Below, piece by piece: positions 1 to 9,001 of a stretch of DNA of 64,000 bases. The number at the start of each line of letters is the position of its first letter. Within the stretch, counting starts at the first letter, position 1. This DNA comes from Endomicrobiia bacterium. GTDB taxonomy: Bacteria; Elusimicrobiota; Endomicrobiia; DTEH01. The notes beneath the pieces are model-generated. The model made no database searches and was not told the origin of the DNA. It saw only the letters and a program-made list of their open reading frames with translations. The position numbers were made by a program, and so were the translations under genes. The stretch spans positions 96,001 through 160,000 of the forward strand of contig JBCNUU010000001.1 in NCBI GenBank assembly GCA_039630545.1, given 5' to 3'.

Positions 1-1
1 T

Positions 2-361
2 AAACTTCAACCTGAAGAGTTAATCATAAATAAAGACACAGCATATGAAATTAACAGATGTATAGAAGAAGGTAAAAATTTATTGTGTGTTGGCACAACA
101 GTAGTAAGATCAATAGAGTTTATGGCTACAAATTTTGGAAAAATAAAACCGTATAATGGAGCTGTTGATATTTATATTTATCCTGGATATAAGTTTAAAA
201 TAGTAAAAAGTCTCCTTACTAACTTTCATCTCCCAAAATCAACAAATTTGCTGTTAGTAGCTTCTCTTATAGGAAGAGAAAAACTTTTAGAACTTTACAA
301 GATTGCTATTGAGCAAAAATATAGGTTTTATTCTTATGGGGATGCTATGTTGATAATATGA
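2..361 (+). CDS. queA: S-adenosylmethionine:tRNA ribosyltransferase-isomerase, 3' part (5' end outside window)
   Basis: Frame is open from base 2 (KLQPEELIIN...). Motifs VGTTVVR, LLTNFHLPKSTNLLLV and YRFYSYGDAMLI are typical of the QueA C-terminus; tgt is nearby. Confidence 0.95.
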   Translation, partial: KLQPEELIINKDTAYEINRCIEEGKNLLCVGTTVVRSIEFMATNFGKIKPYNGAVDIYIYPGYKFKIVKSLLTNFHLPKSTNLLLVASLIGREKLLELYKIAIEQKYRFYSYGDAMLII

Positions 362-1023
362 AAATATTTGAACAACTCAAAAATAATCCAGAAGTTTTGG
401 TATATCTTAAACAAGCAGATGAAAACTTTAAAGCACTAGGCTATACAGAACAGGGTATTTTACACGCAAAGTTTACAGCACAACAGGTTTATAATATTCT
501 TTCCAAACTTAGTTTTTCTAAACAGGATATAGATATAGGAATGTCTGCAGGTTTCCTTCACGATATCGGTTGTTGTATTTCTTATAAGGGACATACACAG
601 AATAGCACATTTATAGCAAATAGAATTTTATCTAAAATGAATGTGGATTGCGAAAGTAAAATTAAAATTTTAAGTATAATAGGCTCACATGAAGATACAG
701 AGCCAGATTTTTTTCCTATTTCTGAAGTGGCTGCTTCTGTTACTATTGCTGATAAAACAGATGTAAGAAGGCAGAGAGTAATAAAGACAGATTTTAAATA
801 TTTTGATGAGTACGACAGAGTTCATTATGCAGTTATAGACAATAATTTAGAAGTATTTAATTTGGAAAAAATTATTAGATTAAATATTACAATTGATGAA
901 AATATATGTAGCGTACTTGAATATTTTGAAATATTTCTTTCAAGAATTAATTTCTGCAAAAAGGCGGCAGGAAAGTTAGGAATGAATTTTGAGTTGTATA
1001 TAAATGGTTTAAAATACCTTTAA
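358..1023 (+). CDS. HD-domain phosphohydrolase
   Basis: H...LHDIG...H...IADKTD metal-binding pattern; ATGA overlap with queA. Confidence 0.8.
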   Translation: MKIFEQLKNNPEVLVYLKQADENFKALGYTEQGILHAKFTAQQVYNILSKLSFSKQDIDIGMSAGFLHDIGCCISYKGHTQNSTFIANRILSKMNVDCESKIKILSIIGSHEDTEPDFFPISEVAASVTIADKTDVRRQRVIKTDFKYFDEYDRVHYAVIDNNLEVFNLEKIIRLNITIDENICSVLEYFEIFLSRINFCKKAAGKLGMNFELYINGLKYL

Positions 1024-1028
1024 ACCAT

Positions 1029-2171
1029 ATGCAGATTTTTAAAGTTTTTCATAAAGACCCTCATTCACAAGCACGTACAGGTGTTCTAAGTTTTAAAGAC
1101 TTTCAAATTACTACACCAATTTTTCTTCCGGTGGGGACTTTAGGTGTAGTAAAAACTTTAAGTTATCAAGATCTCAAAGAAATAAAAGTAGAAGCTTTTA
1201 TTGCTAACACATATCATTTATATTTTAGACCCGGTGAGGAAATTCTTAAGAAATTTGGAGGATTAAAAAATTTTATAAACTGGGATAAGATAATATTTAC
1301 GGATTCAGGTGGTTTTCAGGTATATAGTCTAAGAGAACTTAAAAAAATTTCCGAAGAAGGTGTGGAATTTAAGTCACATATTGATGGATCGTTGCATTTT
1401 TTTACTCCGGAAAAGGTGATAGAATTGCAGTCGGTTATAGGATCGGATGTAGCTGTGTGTTTGGATGAATGTGTTGAGTATCCAGTAGAATATAACTACG
1501 CAAAAAGGGCAGTTGAAATTACTACTTTGTGGGCTAAGAGAAGTAAAAAAAGGTTTGAAGAACTAAAGAAAAGTAATTTAAATGTTACTCATCAAAAACT
1601 TTTTGGTGTGATACAAGGTTCAGTTTATAAAGATTTAAGAAAACAAAGTATTGAAGAAATTTTAAATTTGTCTTTTGATGGATACGCAATAGGTGGGTTA
1701 GCTGTAGGAGAGCCTAGAAGTTTAATGTGGGAAGTTGTTGAATTTATCAGTGAAAATTTGCCTGAAGATTTGGTTAGATATATAATGGGAATAGGTGAAA
1801 TTGAGGATATTTTTTTCTGTATAGAAAAGGGATATGACATAATGGATTGTGTTTTACCTACAAGAAATGGAAGAAATGGTCAAGCATTGACTTCTTTCGG
1901 AAAACTTAATATAAAAAACTCCAAATACTCCAAAGATGAAAATCCGTTGGATTTAGAGTGTAATTGTTTTGTTTGCAAAAATTATAGTAGAGCTTTACTT
2001 CATCACTATTATAAATCACAGGAACTGTTGGTGTTGAGGTTAATGTCTTATCATAATGTATATTTTATGATAAACTTATTTAAAAAAATTCAAGAAAAAA
2101 TAAATACTGACAGATTTTTAGAGTTTAAAAAAGAGTTCTTAAAAAAATTTTCTAACTCTGAAAATGAATAG
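1029..2171 (+). CDS. tgt: tRNA-guanine transglycosylase
   Basis: ANTYHL, TDSGGFQV, DCVLPTRNGRNG and CxCxxC...H zinc motifs. Confidence 0.97.
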   Translation: MQIFKVFHKDPHSQARTGVLSFKDFQITTPIFLPVGTLGVVKTLSYQDLKEIKVEAFIANTYHLYFRPGEEILKKFGGLKNFINWDKIIFTDSGGFQVYSLRELKKISEEGVEFKSHIDGSLHFFTPEKVIELQSVIGSDVAVCLDECVEYPVEYNYAKRAVEITTLWAKRSKKRFEELKKSNLNVTHQKLFGVIQGSVYKDLRKQSIEEILNLSFDGYAIGGLAVGEPRSLMWEVVEFISENLPEDLVRYIMGIGEIEDIFFCIEKGYDIMDCVLPTRNGRNGQALTSFGKLNIKNSKYSKDENPLDLECNCFVCKNYSRALLHHYYKSQELLVLRLMSYHNVYFMINLFKKIQEKINTDRFLEFKKEFLKKFSNSENE

Positions 2172-3309
2172 TTTTAAACTGTCAATTTTATTAGCGTTTT
2201 TACTTTTTTTTAATAAATATTCAAATTGTGAAATTACCAAAGAAAAATGTGAAGAATGGATTATTAGCACTTTGAATACTGCAGATGATGCGAGTGTTAA
2301 AATTTATATTTTAGATAGTATTCACTACATTCCATCTAATAGATTCTTACCGGAGATCAAAAAACTTTCTTTATTAAGTAGTAAAACAAACCAGAATATA
2401 TACCTTAAATCCCTGTATGTTCTTTACAAGGTATATAAAAGTACCCCTTCTTTAGAAAAAATAGTTGACTTTTTGCTTCAAAAACCACAGAGATCTCTTA
2501 AAGACAATCCTGTAATAAAGGCAAAAATATATATTAAGAATCAACTCAGAGCAGAAGCAGCAAAAATGCTTGGAGAACTTGGAGATGAAAGACATTTGGA
2601 GGTTTTGTCTAAAATAATAAAAGAAGATGATGAAGGAATGGTTTCCGATGCTTGTTATTTTGCTTTAGCTATGTTATCAAAAAGAGGGAAAATTAAAAAA
2701 TTAGATGAATTAAAAGAATTTTTTTATTCAGGGCTTAAAGATACAGATCCAAAAGTAAGATTAAAAGCTGTCAAATACTTAGGAGAACTTTCTTACCCAG
2801 ATGCTTTAGGACCCTTGAGTCTTCGTTTAAAAGACGTCAATAAAGAAGTAGTTACAGAAACAATTTTAAGTTTAGGTAAAATAGGAGACCCATCTATATT
2901 TCAAGAACTGCTGCAGTTTAAAACTCACCAAGATGTAGCCTTAAGAGTTGCTTTGGCAGAAGCTTTAGGTAATATTGGAAGAAGTATTTTAAATTCTGGT
3001 AATTTTTCTACATTAGAAAAAATAAAAAGTGTAATTAGTAGTTTGATGAATGATACTCATGGGATGGTAAAAGTTACATCTGCGGTAGCATTGTTAAAAA
3101 TTTCTGATAAAAGTGGCCTTGAAGTTATAAAAAAAGGACTTAACAGCACAGATACAGATGTGGTGTTGTATTGTTTAGAAAACTTGGGTAACTATGGAAG
3201 TTTAGAAGACATAAAACTTCTTGAAAATTTTACTCAACATCAAGAACTTATATTTAGAGCTTATTCATATGTGAATATTTTAAAAATTTATTATAGAGAA
3301 GGAAAGTAA
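2164..3309 (+). CDS. HEAT-repeat protein with N-terminal signal/anchor
   Basis: Repeated helical units (RAEAAKMLGELG, VRLKAVKYLGEL, LRVALAEALGNIG); hydrophobic N-terminus. Confidence 0.75.
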   Translation: MNSFKLSILLAFLLFFNKYSNCEITKEKCEEWIISTLNTADDASVKIYILDSIHYIPSNRFLPEIKKLSLLSSKTNQNIYLKSLYVLYKVYKSTPSLEKIVDFLLQKPQRSLKDNPVIKAKIYIKNQLRAEAAKMLGELGDERHLEVLSKIIKEDDEGMVSDACYFALAMLSKRGKIKKLDELKEFFYSGLKDTDPKVRLKAVKYLGELSYPDALGPLSLRLKDVNKEVVTETILSLGKIGDPSIFQELLQFKTHQDVALRVALAEALGNIGRSILNSGNFSTLEKIKSVISSLMNDTHGMVKVTSAVALLKISDKSGLEVIKKGLNSTDTDVVLYCLENLGNYGSLEDIKLLENFTQHQELIFRAYSYVNILKIYYREGK

Positions 3310-3313
3310 TTAT

Positions 3314-4309
3314 ATGAAAATAAATAAACAAAAGCTAATAGCAGTTATTAAAAAATTTCATGGTAAAAAAATCTTAGTAGTAGGAGATATAATGCTGGAT
3401 AAATATATATGGGGTGAAGTAGAAAGAATTTCTCCAGAAGCACCAGTTCCTGTTGTAGATGTAAAAAAGGAAACACAGAATTTAGGAGCAAGTGGCAATG
3501 TGGCTGATAATATAGTTTCAGCTGGAGCACAGGCATATTTAGTCACTGTTGTTGGTAATGATTCCTATGCTGAAGAGTTAAAAAGCATGCTTCTTAAAAA
3601 GGGAATAAACATAGATGGCGTATTTTCTGACAGTTCAAGACCGACTACTGTAAAAACAAGAATTATAGCTCAAAATCAACAAGTTGTAAGAGTTGATAAA
3701 GAAAGCAGAATTCAGATAACCCCAGTTCTTTTTGAAAAAATTAAAAAATATATAGAGAGTATAAAAACAGATCTTGATGGTATTCTTATTTCTGATTATG
3801 GTAAAGGAGTAATAACGCATTCTCTGTTATCTTTTTTAATAAACCTGGCTAAAAAGCTTGATATTCCAATCTGTGTAGACCCAAAAATTGAACATTTTAT
3901 GGAATATAAAAAAGTTACAGTTTTAACTCCAAATTTAAATGAAGCTACCCAAGGTATGAAATTAACCAAAAAACCTCAAAAAGAGCAAGAAATACATGAA
4001 TTAGGAAAAAAAATCTTAAAAAAACTAAATCCAGATGCATTGGTTATAACGAGAGGTCCTGATGGAATGACACTTTTTGAAAAACAAAAAATTTATCATA
4101 TTCCTACAAGAGCAAAAGAAGTTTATGATGTAACAGGAGCAGGGGATACTGTGATATCAATATTAACTTTATGTTTAGCAGCTGGTTCAGATTTTGTGTC
4201 TGGGTGTGAGATTTCTAATTTCGCTGCAGGAATAGTTGTAGGAAAAGTTGGAACGGCTGCTGTATCTTTAAAAGAATTAGAAGAAAGCATTTTAAAATAT
4301 GAACCTTAA
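3314..4309 (+). CDS. hldA: D-glycero-beta-D-manno-heptose-7-phosphate kinase (RfaE domain I / HldA)
   Basis: GDIMLD, RISPEAPVPV, SDYGKG and DVTGAGDT PfkB-family motifs. Confidence 0.93.
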   Translation: MKINKQKLIAVIKKFHGKKILVVGDIMLDKYIWGEVERISPEAPVPVVDVKKETQNLGASGNVADNIVSAGAQAYLVTVVGNDSYAEELKSMLLKKGINIDGVFSDSSRPTTVKTRIIAQNQQVVRVDKESRIQITPVLFEKIKKYIESIKTDLDGILISDYGKGVITHSLLSFLINLAKKLDIPICVDPKIEHFMEYKKVTVLTPNLNEATQGMKLTKKPQKEQEIHELGKKILKKLNPDALVITRGPDGMTLFEKQKIYHIPTRAKEVYDVTGAGDTVISILTLCLAAGSDFVSGCEISNFAAGIVVGKVGTAAVSLKELEESILKYEP

Positions 4310-5072
4310 GGAATCAAAAGTTAGATATTTTTTTGACCTTATTTCAGAGCTCACAAAAAAAGAGATAAAAGTAAGATATAAAAATAGCTTTTTAGGTTAT
4401 TTATGGTCTGTGTTAAGTCCGTTATTTACAGCTTTAGTTTTTTTTGTGGCTTTTAAAGTTGTGATTAAACTAAAAATTGAAAACTATGTGTTATTTTTAA
4501 TTTCAGGACTTTTTTGCTGGCAGTGGTATACTAACTCTATTTTTGCTTCCTCAACGCTTTTTTTGAATAATTCTTCATTGATAAAAAAGGTAAACTTTCC
4601 AAGAGAAACACTTGTGTATTCAATGGTTTTAAGCGATATGTTTCATTTTTTGCTGTCAATACCTGTAATTCTTTTGTTTGTTTTTATATATCGTCAAAAA
4701 TTTCCATATTTTATTTTTTTATTACCTTTTGTGGTTTTTTTTCAGTTTGTTTTTATTTCAGGAATAAGTTTAATAATAAGTTCAATAAATTTATTTTTTA
4801 GAGATTTAGAAAGATTAGTAATAGTTTTCACTAATTTACTTTTTTATATTACTCCCATAATTTATTCTGAAAATATGGTTCCAGAAAAATATAAAATTTT
4901 TTTATATATCAACCCTATGGCGTATTTTGTGATTTTATACAGAAACATATTTTTATTTAATAAAATAAACTTAGATTTACTATTAGTAGCAGCTGCTTAC
5001 AGTCTGGTTGCATATTTTGTAGGATATAAAATTTATAGCTTTCTTAGATGGAAGTTCGCAGAGGTAGTATGA
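4299..5072 (+). CDS. wzm: Polysaccharide ABC exporter permease
   Basis: RYKNSFLGYLWS, LIKKVNFP, RDL and NPM motifs; multiple TM helices. Confidence 0.93.
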   Translation: MNLKESKVRYFFDLISELTKKEIKVRYKNSFLGYLWSVLSPLFTALVFFVAFKVVIKLKIENYVLFLISGLFCWQWYTNSIFASSTLFLNNSSLIKKVNFPRETLVYSMVLSDMFHFLLSIPVILLFVFIYRQKFPYFIFLLPFVVFFQFVFISGISLIISSINLFFRDLERLVIVFTNLLFYITPIIYSENMVPEKYKIFLYINPMAYFVILYRNIFLFNKINLDLLLVAAAYSLVAYFVGYKIYSFLRWKFAEVV

Positions 5073-5809
5073 AAGAAACTGTTGTTATTTTTAAAGATGT
5101 TACAAAGTATTATCCACTTTATCATAGCTTTATAGGGATTAAAAATTTTTTGTTTAATTTACCTTTAGCTATCAAGGAGTTAAAAAGAAATAAATTATGT
5201 GCTTTAAGAAATATTAGTTTTGAAATTTATAAAGGAGAAACGGTTGGGATTATTGGCCATAATGGAGCAGGGAAAAGTACAATTTTAGGACTTATTGCTG
5301 GAGTTTTAAAACCAACAAATGGTGAAATTATAGTAAAAAGTAAAGTTGTAGGACTTTTAGAACTTTCCGCTGGTTTTCATCCAGATTTGACAGGTTATGA
5401 GAATATAATTTTAAATGGTATACTTTTAGGAATGACAAAAAAAGAGATTTTGTCTAAAGTTGATGAAATTGTGGGTTTTTCTGAGTTAGATGAGTTTGTT
5501 TTTCAACCTATCAGGACCTACTCAACTGGCATGCTTGCAAGATTAGGTTTTTCTGTCGCAATAAATGCTCCTGCGGATATTCTGCTGATAGATGAGGTTT
5601 TAGCTGTAGGAGATATTAACTTTCAAAAAAAATGTTATAAAAAAATTGAAGAGATTAAAAGTCAAAATAAAACTATAATTTTTGTTAGCCATGATCTTGA
5701 AAATGTTTTAAGATTATGTAATAGAGTAATTCTTTTGCATCATGGAGAAGTTATAAAAGATGGAGATACTTACGAAGTTATTGATTATTATAAAAAAGTT
5801 TTTTCTTAA
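5069..5809 (+). CDS. wzt: Polysaccharide ABC exporter ATPase (no C-terminal carbohydrate-binding extension)
   Basis: Walker A GHNGAGKST, YSTGM signature, DEVLAVGD. Likely start is ATG 5069, overlapping the wzm stop (ATGA). Confidence 0.93.
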   Translation: MKETVVIFKDVTKYYPLYHSFIGIKNFLFNLPLAIKELKRNKLCALRNISFEIYKGETVGIIGHNGAGKSTILGLIAGVLKPTNGEIIVKSKVVGLLELSAGFHPDLTGYENIILNGILLGMTKKEILSKVDEIVGFSELDEFVFQPIRTYSTGMLARLGFSVAINAPADILLIDEVLAVGDINFQKKCYKKIEEIKSQNKTIIFVSHDLENVLRLCNRVILLHHGEVIKDGDTYEVIDYYKKVFS

Positions 5810-5821
5810 ATTATTTTAAAA

Positions 5822-6568
5822 AACAAAACATATAAGGATCAATGTTTAAAATTGCAGGAAAGTTTCTTACTTAAAAGTTTAAAACAGACTGCTGAAGAGA
5901 TATCTGACTTTGAATATGAGAAATGGAAAAAGAAATATTAGGATGAACTTTTTTATTTTTTATTTGAACAGATATTTAGAGGTAAAACTCAAGAAATTAA
6001 AAATTGGCAAAGAATCTACACAGAATATGTAAAGCAAGCATATGCTGAAAATAAATTTCTACCCTGGCTGGATGTAGGTTGTGGAAGAGGTGAGTTTCTT
6101 GAGGTTTTAAATGAAGAACAAATTAGTTATATAGGTGTTGATAACAATGTTGTGAATGTGGAGATTTGTTTAAAAAAGAATTAAAGGTTGTTAAGGATGA
6201 TGCTATAAGATATTTAGAAAAAATTGGAAATAATTCCTTATGTGGAATTTCTGTTTTCCAGTTAAATAGAACATCTAAGCAGAAATGAACTACAAAGACT
6301 TTTAAAATTATGTTATGATAAAATTTCCTATAAAGGTAAAATTATTATTGAAACTGTAAACATAAGAAATGAAATAGTTTTAAAGAATTACTTCCTGGAT
6401 CCGACACATGGGCTTCTTTTGATGCCGGAGTTTTTAGTTATGTATTTAGAGTTTATTGGTTTTAAAGATATTTTTGTATTATATATGATACATTCCTACA
6501 ACTGCTTGCAAGATAAAAATGATATTTCAATTTATCCTGATGATTATGCAGTTGTTGGAACAAAATAA
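5822..6568 (+). pseudogene. Disrupted class I SAM-dependent methyltransferase (glycan chain-terminator-like)
   Basis: Manual translation: ...FEQIFRG...WLDVGCGRGEFL...IGVD / LKVVKDDAIRYL...VFQL / IEHL...IETVN...FLDPTH...DYAVVGTK*. In-frame TAG at 5939-5941, frameshifts near 6180 and 6264; original start unclear. Confidence 0.85.
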
Positions 6569-6588
6569 AAATAAGAAAAATATAAAAA

Positions 6589-7776
6589 GTGAACAATCTA
6601 CCACATGTTTCATATAACTCACTTAAAGGAAATATTAAATCTTCATTTATAGTTTTGTTCTTGTATAGTTTTTTTATTTTTTTAAGATTAAATAATTTTG
6701 AATATAAACCATCTTATTTTATTAATGCTGGTGAAATTTTCTGTGATACTAAAAGAATACCAAAAAATCTTGTTGTCGTTAAAAAAAGTGGTTATGATGG
6801 ACAGTTTTACTATAGGTTTAGTTTAAATCCATTTACTTCAAAACTTACAGAATTTGGTATAACACTAGATGCTCCTCCTTATAGACATCAGCGTATAGTT
6901 TATCCATTTTTAGTGTGGCTGTTGTCTTTTGGTGGTAATTTTGAGTTAGTTCCTGCAGTAATGATAATAGTAAATCTTTTTTTTATTTTTGGTTTTTCGT
7001 TTATGGTAGCAGAATATTTAAAATTTCTTGGTTACAGCTGGATAGAGGTTGTTTTATTTTCTTTACAACCAGGATTTATTTTGTCTCTATCAAGAAACCT
7101 AACAGAAATAGTTGGAAGTTTTTTTCTCGTTTCATTTTTTGTCTTTTTTAAAAAAAATAAATTTTTTTTGGCAAAAGTTTTTTTAATACTGGGTTTATTA
7201 AGTAAAGAGACATTGTTAGTTGTTCCTGTAGTTGGTATTTTAATAAGTATTTACTTTTATTTTAGAAAAAAAATAAATAAGAATTATTTTTTGGCTGTAG
7301 TTAGAGTGTTTATTATAAGCAGTATTGTTTGGTTTTTATGGCAGATAATTTTATTTTTTAACTGGGGTAAATTTTCTTTTTATTATGGCAGAGATAATTT
7401 CGGTATGCCATTTAGTGGAATATATACATATCTGACTAATTTGTCTATATTTAAAGATACATATTTTTTGGGTTTTGCTTTGATATTAGTATTTGTATTT
7501 TTTGTTTCTTTAGGAGTAATTTTTTCTTTCAGATTTGTTAAAAAAAACTTTGTGGATAGTTTAATAAAGTTTGTTTGGGTCGGTTATCTGTTAGAATTAA
7601 TATTTGCATCCCATAAACTGTGGGACAATGTTAATCCTTTAAGGGTATTTTTGGAATTTTTTATATTAAGTTTTATGATTTTATATATTACAAGAAATAA
7701 ATTTAGAATTTCGTTTAATATAATTTATATTTTTATGTGGTTAGGAATTTTTTATATAAGAATTAAAATGTTATAA
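6589..7776 (+). CDS. Polytopic membrane protein, GT-C-like (resembles AZOBR_p60025 glycopolymer-formation family)
   Basis: GYDGQFYY and YRHQRIVYP loop motifs, LSKET, many TM helices; located in the glycan cluster. Confidence 0.65.
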   Translation: MNNLPHVSYNSLKGNIKSSFIVLFLYSFFIFLRLNNFEYKPSYFINAGEIFCDTKRIPKNLVVVKKSGYDGQFYYRFSLNPFTSKLTEFGITLDAPPYRHQRIVYPFLVWLLSFGGNFELVPAVMIIVNLFFIFGFSFMVAEYLKFLGYSWIEVVLFSLQPGFILSLSRNLTEIVGSFFLVSFFVFFKKNKFFLAKVFLILGLLSKETLLVVPVVGILISIYFYFRKKINKNYFLAVVRVFIISSIVWFLWQIILFFNWGKFSFYYGRDNFGMPFSGIYTYLTNLSIFKDTYFLGFALILVFVFFVSLGVIFSFRFVKKNFVDSLIKFVWVGYLLELIFASHKLWDNVNPLRVFLEFFILSFMILYITRNKFRISFNIIYIFMWLGIFYIRIKML

Positions 7777-7781
7777 TTGTC

Positions 7782-8999
7782 ATGAAAAAAATAGTAGTCA
7801 ACTCAGTTCCTCTTCTATCTCCCTTAACCGGTGTAGGAAGATACTTATTTAGCATTCTTGAAAATATAGAACAACTTGACAAAGTAAATAAATATTACTT
7901 CTACTACGGAATAGGAAATACTGATAAATTTTTTAAAAGGAAACCTAATTTTTGGGAAATTAGTCCATGGAGTAAGTTTTCAATTATTGTTAAATATTCT
8001 ATTCCTGGGGTAAAATCTATCTTTAATTTTTTTATGATAAATAAGTTTCTTCACACTTCGTTTGGATATAAAACCGAACGTTTTGTGAAGCGTTTCATAA
8101 AATTTTACTTAAGACTACTGTTTCACTATGATAAAAACCATTACGACATATATTTTGAACCAAACTTTATCCCATTAGATGAGATTAAAGCAAAAAAGAT
8201 TGTCACTACAGTGCATGATTTTTCTTTTCATTTATATCCCCAATGGCATCCTGAAGATCGTGTTTTGTTCTTTAGAAAAAATTTTTGGAGAAATATTTAT
8301 AAATCAGATATAATAGTTACAGTTTCCAATTATGTAAAAGAAGAAGCTAAAAGATTGCTTAAAGGATATAAAGGAGAAATAGTTACAATCTACAATGGAT
8401 ATGATAAAAACAAGTTTTGTTTAATAGAAAAAAGTGTTTTACAAGAATATAGAAATAAAAAAAATCTTCCTGAAAATTTTCTTTTATTTGTTGGAAGTGT
8501 AGAACCAAGAAAAAATCTTTTAGGACTTCTTAAAGCATATAGTTTGTTGCCAGAATACATAAGAAAGGACATAAAACTTTTAATTGTTGGTTTTCGTGGA
8601 TGGAAAAATAAAGAAGTGATGCAGATTATTTCTAAACTTAAAAATGATATTTTTTATATAGGATATGTTGATGATTTTGAGCTTCCTTTGCTTTATAACT
8701 TAGCTTTGGCAAGTATTTATCCATCTTTCTATGAGGGATTCGGTTTGCCTAATATAGAAGCGATGGCATGTGGCTGTCCTGTTGTCACTTCTGATATACC
8801 TTCAATTAAAGAGATATGCCATGATGCTGTATATTATGTAAATCCACATGATATTGAAAGCATAAAAGATGGTATAATAAAGATAGTTGAAGATGAAAAA
8901 ATAAGAGAGACTTTAAAGGCAAAAGGGCTTAAACATGTAGAGAAATACTCTTGGAAAGAATCAGCCAAAAAACATATCGAATTATTTAACAAGCTATAG
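7782..8999 (+). CDS. Glycosyltransferase family 4 (mannosyl/rhamnosyltransferase-like)
   Basis: TGVGRY, VGSVEPRKN and YEGFGLPNIEAMACG motifs. Confidence 0.9.
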   Translation: MKKIVVNSVPLLSPLTGVGRYLFSILENIEQLDKVNKYYFYYGIGNTDKFFKRKPNFWEISPWSKFSIIVKYSIPGVKSIFNFFMINKFLHTSFGYKTERFVKRFIKFYLRLLFHYDKNHYDIYFEPNFIPLDEIKAKKIVTTVHDFSFHLYPQWHPEDRVLFFRKNFWRNIYKSDIIVTVSNYVKEEAKRLLKGYKGEIVTIYNGYDKNKFCLIEKSVLQEYRNKKNLPENFLLFVGSVEPRKNLLGLLKAYSLLPEYIRKDIKLLIVGFRGWKNKEVMQIISKLKNDIFYIGYVDDFELPLLYNLALASIYPSFYEGFGLPNIEAMACGCPVVTSDIPSIKEICHDAVYYVNPHDIESIKDGIIKIVEDEKIRETLKAKGLKHVEKYSWKESAKKHIELFNKL

Positions 9000-9001
9000 T
9001 A

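Noticed and set aside
5939..5941. TAG readthrough or alternative genetic code in the methyltransferase
   Set aside because: Two frameshifts also disrupt the gene, and TAG terminates intact genes here (8999, 13461, 56897).
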